DNA of 64,000 bases from a bacterium. Lineage in GTDB: Bacteria > Patescibacteriota > Minisyncoccia > Phycocordibacterales > UBA5272. The number at the start of each line of letters is the position of its first letter. The stretch's first letter is position 1. A model generated the notes under the pieces. The model was not told the origin of the DNA. It worked only from the letters and a program-made list of their open reading frames with translations, and did no database searches. The DNA lies in assembly GCA_043765155.1 (NCBI GenBank), contig JAYUJP010000022.1, positions 5,077-69,076 on the forward strand, written 5' to 3'. Both the position numbers and the translations under genes were made by a program. Positions 55,715-64,000 of this stretch are shown in pieces.

Positions 55715-57202
55715 ATGAAAGCCTACTTAATATACCCGCATCAATTATACAATCCAGATAGCATAAAAAATCTTTTACTTGAGAGCAATTTTGACTATAT
55801 TGTACTTGCTGAAGAGTTTTTATATTTTAAGCATTTTTATTTTCACCCTATCAAGGTAAAATTCCACATAGATACTATGCATGCTTATAAGTTAGAATTG
55901 GAAAAATTTTTAGAAAAAACAAAAATAAAAAATATTAAAATTATTTATATAAAATCAGAAGAGCTAGGTAGTACAGAAAAGCTGGCACAATTATTAAAAA
56001 ATGAGTACAAAATTAAAAATATAATCACTCATGACCCGACAGATGTATGGTTAACAAAACACATGTCTGCTGAGTGTAAAAAGTTAGATATAGAAATAGA
56101 GTATATGGACTCGCCTAATTTTATTTTCTCAAAAAAAGATATAGAAGACTTTTACGTTGTAAAAATAGGTGAGAAAAATAGTATCAAAAAAATGCTTATG
56201 AATACCTTTTATATACATTCTCGTAAGAAGTTAAATATTTTGATAGCTGGCGGAGAAGAGAAAATAGATTATAAAAACATGATGCCGATTGGAGGCAAGT
56301 GGAGCTATGATGTTGAAAATAGAAAAAGTATACCCAAGGGTATGGAGACGCCAGACGAGTCACATTTTAAATGGGCGACTACAAGAGCTGAAGCAGAAAA
56401 AGTAATGAATCAATTTTTCAAAACAAAATTTGCAATGTTTGGTGACTATGAGGATGCTATTGTGAGTGATAAAAATTTTCTTTATCATTCAACACTCTCT
56501 GCGTATATAAATGTGGGACTACTTGACCCAAAACAAGTTGTAAACGAGGCTCTAAAATTTTATGAGAATAGTAAAAAAGAAAACAAAAAAGATGAAGGTG
56601 AGATAAAATTAGCAACGATAGAAGGATTTGTAAGGCAGATTATCGGCTGGAGAGAGTATATGAGAATAGTTTATATTTTGAAAGGTGATGAGATCAGGAC
56701 TAAAAACTTTTTTAAATTTGACAAAAAATTACCTTATACTTTTTGGACAGCAACTACAGGTAACGATGTTATAGACAAGACAATAGCCAAAACTATTAAG
56801 TATGCCTATAATCACCACATAGAAAGACTTATGATACTGGGTAATTATATGTTACTCAAGGAATATAATCCAGATGATATATACAAGTGGTTCATGGAAA
56901 TGTATATAGATGCTTATGACTGGGTGATGGTGCCAAATGTATACAGTATGAGCCAATACGCTGACGGTGGTATTATAACTACTAAGCCGTACGTCTCAGG
57001 CAGCGCTTATGTAAAAAAGATGAGTGACTACAAAAGTAGTAGTAAAAAAGAAATAAAATCAGAAGGATGGGACACAGAGTGGGACAATTTATACTGGGAC
57101 TTTATTTATAAAAATAGAGAAAAGTTTAAAAATAATTTCCGTATGGCCATGATGGTTAATATGTCTATCAAAAGATTTGAGAAAAATAATATAAAAGAAT
57201 AA
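55715..57202 (+). CDS. Cryptochrome/photolyase-family protein of the FeS-BCP / (6-4) photolyase PhrB type, lacking the Fe-S cysteines
   Basis: Near-identical blocks to A. tumefaciens PhrB: GFVRQIIGWREYMRIVY, HHIERLMILGNYMLL, WFMEMYIDAYDWV, KPYVSGSAYVKKMSDY, and NLYWDFIYKNREK. The positions of the four PhrB [4Fe-4S] cysteines are not Cys here. Confidence 0.85.
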   Translation: MKAYLIYPHQLYNPDSIKNLLLESNFDYIVLAEEFLYFKHFYFHPIKVKFHIDTMHAYKLELEKFLEKTKIKNIKIIYIKSEELGSTEKLAQLLKNEYKIKNIITHDPTDVWLTKHMSAECKKLDIEIEYMDSPNFIFSKKDIEDFYVVKIGEKNSIKKMLMNTFYIHSRKKLNILIAGGEEKIDYKNMMPIGGKWSYDVENRKSIPKGMETPDESHFKWATTRAEAEKVMNQFFKTKFAMFGDYEDAIVSDKNFLYHSTLSAYINVGLLDPKQVVNEALKFYENSKKENKKDEGEIKLATIEGFVRQIIGWREYMRIVYILKGDEIRTKNFFKFDKKLPYTFWTATTGNDVIDKTIAKTIKYAYNHHIERLMILGNYMLLKEYNPDDIYKWFMEMYIDAYDWVMVPNVYSMSQYADGGIITTKPYVSGSAYVKKMSDYKSSSKKEIKSEGWDTEWDNLYWDFIYKNREKFKNNFRMAMMVNMSIKRFEKNNIKE

Positions 57203-57203
57203 C

Positions 57204-58544
57204 ATGCAAAAATTTGAAACAGATTATAACAAAATAATAGAGAGGATAAAAAATATAGATCCAGTCATTTATGCTAGGACCAGAAATAGCCTTGATGGTG
57301 ATGTGAGTTATATATCAAGATACCTCACTCATGGAGTTGTCAGTCTAAAATTAGTAAAAGATATTACCAATAAAATCTCTAATACAAATCTAGAAAATAA
57401 AAATTACTCTGATAATATAAAATATGAAAAATGGAATCAGGAGTTAGCTTGGCGGGAATATTTTCATAGGGTGTGGCAGTCACTCGGCGACGATATATTT
57501 TCTAGTATAAGACAGGATCAGAGTAACGTTAAGCATGCAAGTGGTATACCGATATCTTTTGCAAATCTTTCTTCTTATAGTAAAATAGAAGAAGTAAAAA
57601 AAGATAATAAAGAGAGTGGAAAAGAAAACTCAGAACTAGATAGTACTGGTGTAAAAAGCCTAGATAGAAATATAGAAAAACTAATAGAGACTGGTTATAT
57701 GCATAATCACGCCCGTATGTGGACTAGCATGCTAGCTACAAATATAGCCGGCTATGCTTGGAGTGATTGTAGCCGCTGGATGTATTATCACCTAATCGAT
57801 GGTGATCTGGCTAGTAATACCCTCAGCTGGCAGTGGATATGCTCTACATTTTCAGCAAAGCAGTATGTTGCTAATCAAGAGAATATAAATAAGTATGACA
57901 GGGACAATGCACAGCGTAAAACTTATCTGGACTGTGAATATGAGGACTTATATGACGCAGTATTACCAGAAAGCATGATAGCTAGTTTTGATATACAAAA
58001 ATATTTTGATGATGATTTTGAATTAGATACCCAAGCGTTAAATAAATACTCTATAGGAAATATTTTAAAAGATAAAAATAAGGAAGGAGAAAATGAAAAC
58101 AAAAAAGAAGAAAATAAATTAGAATTAGAGCAAGTGTTAAACTTTGAAAATAATTTTGATAAAAATAAAAATACTATAATATATAGCATGTGGAACCTGG
58201 ATCCGACTTGGTATGAGGATAAAGGTGACAATATAAACAGAATTTTATTTATAGAAAAGTCAGCATTAAAAGACTTTCCTATGAGCACCAAGCGTATAGA
58301 ATTTGTACTAGAAATTACTAAAAATATCTCAGATAAATATAAGAATTTTCAGATACTATACGGAGAAATTAACGAGTTAGAAGGTCTTGTTACAAAAGAT
58401 AAGCTTGATAACAGTATCTCACGTGAGTATCCGCTTTGTAATCACTGGGGTAACTTGGTAGAAGATAGAGAGTGGCTATATCCTAATTACTCTTGGAGTA
58501 GCGGCGGCTTTATGTCATTCTGGTCAAAAGTTAATGGGAGGTAA
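57204..58544 (+). CDS. Photolyase-family protein with permuted domain order (FAD-binding domain N-terminal, alpha/beta photolyase-like domain C-terminal)
   Basis: Residues 20-235 align with the photolyase FAD domain (YARTRNSLDGDVSYISRYLTHGVVS; LAWREYFHRVW; TGYMHNHARMWTSML...YHLIDGDLASNTLSWQW). The C-terminal 150 aa resemble the N-terminal alpha/beta domain (IIYSMWNLDP...ILFIEKSAL...MSTKRIEFVLEITKNISDKYKNFQILYGE). Confidence 0.65.
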   Translation: MQKFETDYNKIIERIKNIDPVIYARTRNSLDGDVSYISRYLTHGVVSLKLVKDITNKISNTNLENKNYSDNIKYEKWNQELAWREYFHRVWQSLGDDIFSSIRQDQSNVKHASGIPISFANLSSYSKIEEVKKDNKESGKENSELDSTGVKSLDRNIEKLIETGYMHNHARMWTSMLATNIAGYAWSDCSRWMYYHLIDGDLASNTLSWQWICSTFSAKQYVANQENINKYDRDNAQRKTYLDCEYEDLYDAVLPESMIASFDIQKYFDDDFELDTQALNKYSIGNILKDKNKEGENENKKEENKLELEQVLNFENNFDKNKNTIIYSMWNLDPTWYEDKGDNINRILFIEKSALKDFPMSTKRIEFVLEITKNISDKYKNFQILYGEINELEGLVTKDKLDNSISREYPLCNHWGNLVEDREWLYPNYSWSSGGFMSFWSKVNGR

Positions 58545-60084
58545 AAATATGAATACAAAATTAGAATACAAAAAATATTTTGAAGGTAAAAAAATAACTA
58601 AGCAGGGATTTGGTATACTCGGACGCGGTATTGGAGTTGTAAAGTTTTTGCTTGAAAGCGGAGCACAAGTACTTGTTACAGATACAAAGCCTGAATCAGA
58701 CTTCTTAGAAAATATAAAAGAGGTGACTAATTTTATGTTAGAAAAAAATATATCGAGCAGTAAAGTTTCGTATGTATTTGGCGAGCACAGAATGCAAGAT
58801 TTTGTAGAATGTGACTATGTGGTGCAGGCTAGTGGCGTGCCAAAAGATAATATATATTTAAAACATGCGCGTGATAATAATGTAAAAGTTTATCAAGAGA
58901 GTAGCCTTTTTTGTGAGATTATAAGAGAATACAACAAAAACATATTTGAAGAAATTTCAAAAGAAAATAAAATAAGCATAATAGGAATCACGGGTACAAG
59001 AGGTAAGACTACAACAACATTTTTGATAAAGAAAATAATAGAAGATTGTATAAATAACGAGAATAGAAGTAAAGAAATTTCTGAAAGTATTAACTTAGAC
59101 AATTTTGACTTAGAAAAAAATAGAGGAAATACCAGAAAAGTATATTTTGGTGGTAATGTACAAGGAGTAGCAACCCTTGAGAATTTAAAATATATAAAAA
59201 GCGGTGATGTGATTGTGATGGAGCTGGACTCCTGGATATTACAGGGGTTCAGAGATATAAATTATAGTCCAGAGATAGCAGTATTTACTACTTTTATGGC
59301 TGATCACATGAATTATTATAAGGGCGATATGCAAGATTATTTTCTAGATAAAGCTAATATATTTCTGTGTCAAAATTTTGATGACATATTCATAACTACT
59401 GATAAAATAGAGGCAGATATAAAAAAGTATTTAAAAATAGAAGAGTATGAGAATATAAAATATAATAAAATATTTTTAAGTGACAAAGAGATCTGTGGAA
59501 TTAAAAATAACTTTACTAGTAAGCTAATAGGAGCGCACAATGACGTTAATGTTGCTCTTGCCATTAGTGCTTGTAAAGTATTTGGTGTTGACGATATTAG
59601 TATACAAAAATCTCTTGAAAGCTTCACGGGCGTAGCAGGGAGATTAGAATTTTTAAAAGAATTAGATGGAGTTAAATATTACAATGACACGACCTCAACA
59701 ACACCGGACTCTCTTATAGTTGCTTTAGAATCTTTTAAAAATGAAAATATAATTTTAATTTGTGGTGGTAGGGATAAAGAGCTAGATATGACACTTGCCG
59801 CAGAAAAAATAATTAATTTTAAAAATGAAAACAAAATAAAGCAGATAATATTACTGAGTGACGATACTACTACGGGGACAAAAAAGCTGATAGAGCTATT
59901 TAGCCCCCTCCATTTTGAAGATTATTTGGAGTGCGAGAATCTAGAAGTTGCAGTACAGGCCGCGCGAAGCGCGGCCACAAGTGGCGACATAATCCTATTC
60001 TCGCCAGGCTTTGCATCTTTTGGTATGTTCCAAAATGAATACGACAGAGGAGATAAATTTAATCAAATGGTAAATAGTTTGTAG
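58534..60084 (+). CDS. murD: UDP-N-acetylmuramoylalanine--D-glutamate ligase
   Basis: N-terminal Rossmann GFGILGRGIGVVKFLLESGAQVLVTD, P-loop GITGTRGKTTTT, and a Mur ligase C domain. The true start may be the ATG at 58549. Confidence 0.85.
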   Translation: MGGKNMNTKLEYKKYFEGKKITKQGFGILGRGIGVVKFLLESGAQVLVTDTKPESDFLENIKEVTNFMLEKNISSSKVSYVFGEHRMQDFVECDYVVQASGVPKDNIYLKHARDNNVKVYQESSLFCEIIREYNKNIFEEISKENKISIIGITGTRGKTTTTFLIKKIIEDCINNENRSKEISESINLDNFDLEKNRGNTRKVYFGGNVQGVATLENLKYIKSGDVIVMELDSWILQGFRDINYSPEIAVFTTFMADHMNYYKGDMQDYFLDKANIFLCQNFDDIFITTDKIEADIKKYLKIEEYENIKYNKIFLSDKEICGIKNNFTSKLIGAHNDVNVALAISACKVFGVDDISIQKSLESFTGVAGRLEFLKELDGVKYYNDTTSTTPDSLIVALESFKNENIILICGGRDKELDMTLAAEKIINFKNENKIKQIILLSDDTTTGTKKLIELFSPLHFEDYLECENLEVAVQAARSAATSGDIILFSPGFASFGMFQNEYDRGDKFNQMVNSL

Positions 60085-60116
60085 ACTATTGTCAAGTGTT
60101 AAAAGTTATGTAAAAA

Positions 60117-60125
60117 TGATATAAT
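60117..60125 (+). promoter_or_regulatory. Extended -10 promoter TGATATAAT
   Basis: Upstream of gyrB with a long (~105 nt) leader. Confidence 0.35.
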
Positions 60126-60214
60126 ATAAACATATAAAAATCTCTTAAAACACTTATAAAACAAAGAGTTTAATCTTATTTAAAAATATAAATTAAAAAA
60201 TATCCAGTAGGTGA

Positions 60215-62305
<2,091 letters not shown>

Positions 62306-62347
62306 ATACAATATATAATTTTTGTTTAGATAGACAAAATATTATAT

Positions 62348-63397
62348 TTGTGTTATATTAAAGACATGAAAACAAATAACCAAAAAGATAATTTTGACCA
62401 AATAAGCAAAGCTTTTGATAGAGAAGAAAAGTCCGAAAGAAAAGAAGAAGTTAAAAATAAAAAAACTATAAATAAAAGTAGCGTTGGTAAAAGCTGGGAG
62501 GAGATAAAAAATGGCGGAGTGAAAATAAAAGAAGATCAAAATAGAGAAGGTAGAAAACTGGAGAGAAAAAGTGAGAATATAAAAACTGACTGGGGTAATG
62601 TCTCAAAAAGTTATGACAAGTATCTTGTTAGCGACGGGTCATATCATGCTGATGTTATAATGCCTAATCTTTTTAGAATGATAGGTAAGGTTGTAGATGA
62701 GAAAAATAAAAACCCTTTAACTATTTTAGACATAGCTTGTGGTCAGGGACAGATAGTAAGTGAGCTGCACAAGCTTGGGGCAAAAGCGGAAGGATTTGAT
62801 TATGGTATAGATCTCATAAAAATAGCCAAAGAAAATACCAAAAAAGACAATTCTAATATTAATTATCTTGTTGCTGACGCTCAGAACTTTGCCGATAATT
62901 ATTTTGATAAAAAAGAAAATAAATATAAGACCTTTGATATTATAACCTGCGTACTTGCCATACAGAACATAGAAAATATTAAGCTAGTTCTAGAAAACAT
63001 TAAAAAAGTTACTAATAAAAATAGTAAGATATATCTGGTTATAAATCATCCAGCCTACAGAATACCAAAACATACTGAATGGGGTTATACTCAAGAAGGT
63101 TCTGGGGACAAAAATACAAGTATACAGTACAGAAGAGTAGATAAGTATATGAGTGAGGAGAAAATAAAAATGGATATGAATCCAAGTGTTAAAATAGAAG
63201 CATCAAAAGAGTATACTTATAGTTATCACAGGCCGCTACAATATTATTTTAAACTATTTAGCAATAACAGCTTTGCGGTGACTAGGTTAGAAGAATGGAT
63301 AAGCAACAGGGTGAGCGATGGCAAGCATGAGGACAGAGAGAATACAGCCAGACGCGAATTTCCAATGTTTATGTGTCTAGAGATAAAGAATATCTAG
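62348..63397 (+). CDS. Class I SAM-dependent methyltransferase with a Lys/Glu-rich N-terminal extension
   Basis: Motif I ILDIACGQGQIV, with acidic and aromatic motif II/III residues downstream. The first ~90 aa are a low-complexity K/E region. Confidence 0.7.
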   Translation: MCYIKDMKTNNQKDNFDQISKAFDREEKSERKEEVKNKKTINKSSVGKSWEEIKNGGVKIKEDQNREGRKLERKSENIKTDWGNVSKSYDKYLVSDGSYHADVIMPNLFRMIGKVVDEKNKNPLTILDIACGQGQIVSELHKLGAKAEGFDYGIDLIKIAKENTKKDNSNINYLVADAQNFADNYFDKKENKYKTFDIITCVLAIQNIENIKLVLENIKKVTNKNSKIYLVINHPAYRIPKHTEWGYTQEGSGDKNTSIQYRRVDKYMSEEKIKMDMNPSVKIEASKEYTYSYHRPLQYYFKLFSNNSFAVTRLEEWISNRVSDGKHEDRENTARREFPMFMCLEIKNI

Positions 63398-63435
63398 TAT
63401 TCTATAACAGAAAAAATAATCACAATCATAAAAAA

Positions 63436-63470
63436 ACAAAAGCGCCGGCTACGCCGGCGCTTTTGTTTTT
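63436..63470. terminator. Bidirectional rho-independent terminator
   Basis: ACAAAAGCGCCGGC-TAC-GCCGGCGCTTTTGT between the convergent MTase and thrS. Confidence 0.85.
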
Positions 63471-63480
63471 AAATATATCT

Positions 63481-64000
63481 TTACTTTTTCTCCACTATCT
63501 CAAGTTTTAGCTTAGCCACCAACTCTTCTTTTGTTATATTTAATTTCTCGCCGCTTCTACTTTCTAGGGTCAAAGTATTGGTTTCTATATCATTATCACC
63601 GACTACAATCCAGTAAGGATATTTCATTTCTTTTGAATTACGCACTTTTTTACCTAATCCATTTGTATTTAATTCTTCGTATTCTGATCTTATTTTTTCT
63701 TGCTTTAGTAGAGTATGTATTTCTTTTGCATAGTCTCCATGCTTTTCGAGGTTAACAGGTATAACAGCAATTTGCACTGGCGCTATCCAAAGAGGAAAAT
63801 TACCAGCAGTGTGTTCTATATATACTGACATGAATCTCTCAAGTGATCCAGCTATCGCGCAGTGTATCATTACCGGCATCTCACGCACACCCTCCTCATT
63901 AACATATTCTAATCCAAAATTGGTCGGCTGTACAAAGTCTACCTGTATTGTACCAACTTGATGCTCGCGTCCTATTGCATCCTTGGCCATAAAGTCTATT
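63481..64000 (-). CDS. thrS: Threonine--tRNA ligase, C-terminal part (gene continues beyond window end)
   Basis: Class II motif 3 and anticodon-binding domain (GTIQVDFVQPTNFGLEYV...PVMIHCAIAGSLERFMSVYIEHTAGNFPLWIAPVQIAVIPV) match ThrRS. Confidence 0.85.
   Translation of the reverse strand, partial: IDFMAKDAIGREHQVGTIQVDFVQPTNFGLEYVNEEGVREMPVMIHCAIAGSLERFMSVYIEHTAGNFPLWIAPVQIAVIPVNLEKHGDYAKEIHTLLKQEKIRSEYEELNTNGLGKKVRNSKEMKYPYWIVVGDNDIETNTLTLESRSGEKLNITKEELVAKLKLEIVEKK

Overview
This is an AT-rich (about 30% GC by eye), gene-dense 64-kb window, mostly + strand, from a small-genome bacterium. Most promoters show only an extended -10 box (TGnTATAAT), sometimes 7-15 nt from the start codon, implying leaderless or short-leader mRNAs. 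Every stop codon I checked is TAA or TAG; none is TGA, although prfB is present. By inference (not proven), the gene content fits a reduced Patescibacteria/CPR-like lineage: rplJ-rplL without rplK-rplA, isolated atpB and atpC, orphan parB, a short RF2, a short SMC and a complete type IV pilus (T4P) locus. Content in order: ABC-F ATPase; tRNA-Gln; DsbA-like protein; lepA; rplJ-rplL; a YqeY-like protein; an ABC-2 exporter; a UMPH-1-like 5'-nucleotidase; gltX; a SET-domain methyltransferase beside a Lys/Ala-repeat histone-H1-like minigene; a 12-kb T4P cluster (pilM-N-O-like, pilB, pilT, pilC, a MazF/EndoA-like gene, major pilin, pilD, four minor pilins); ligA; gatC-gatA; a Ca-binding-repeat/TM/HEPN-like protein; SDR; Fe/Mn-SOD-like; tRNA-Leu; parB; dnaB; atpC; SMC-like; corA; S41 protease; rplI; tRNA-Ala; EEP nuclease; VanY-like peptidase; tRNA-Asp; DUF59; a ~1.4-kb GC-rich foreign-looking island; obg; atpB; cutA; NYN protein; prfB; pheT; an mTERF-like repeat protein; murC; two tandem photolyase-family genes; murD; gyrB; a SAM-MTase; partial thrS. 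The observations most worth follow-up are an intact NlpC/P60 papain-like domain inserted into the B5 domain of PheT; a SET methyltransferase next to an H1/Hc1-like lysine-rich protein, which is a candidate enzyme-substrate pair; a circularly permuted photolyase next to a Cys-less FeS-BCP-type photolyase; a membrane protein combining thrombospondin-type-3 Ca-binding repeats with a C-terminal Rx4H HEPN-like motif; a solitary MazF-like gene inside the pilus operon; and the GC-rich island next to tRNA-Asp.
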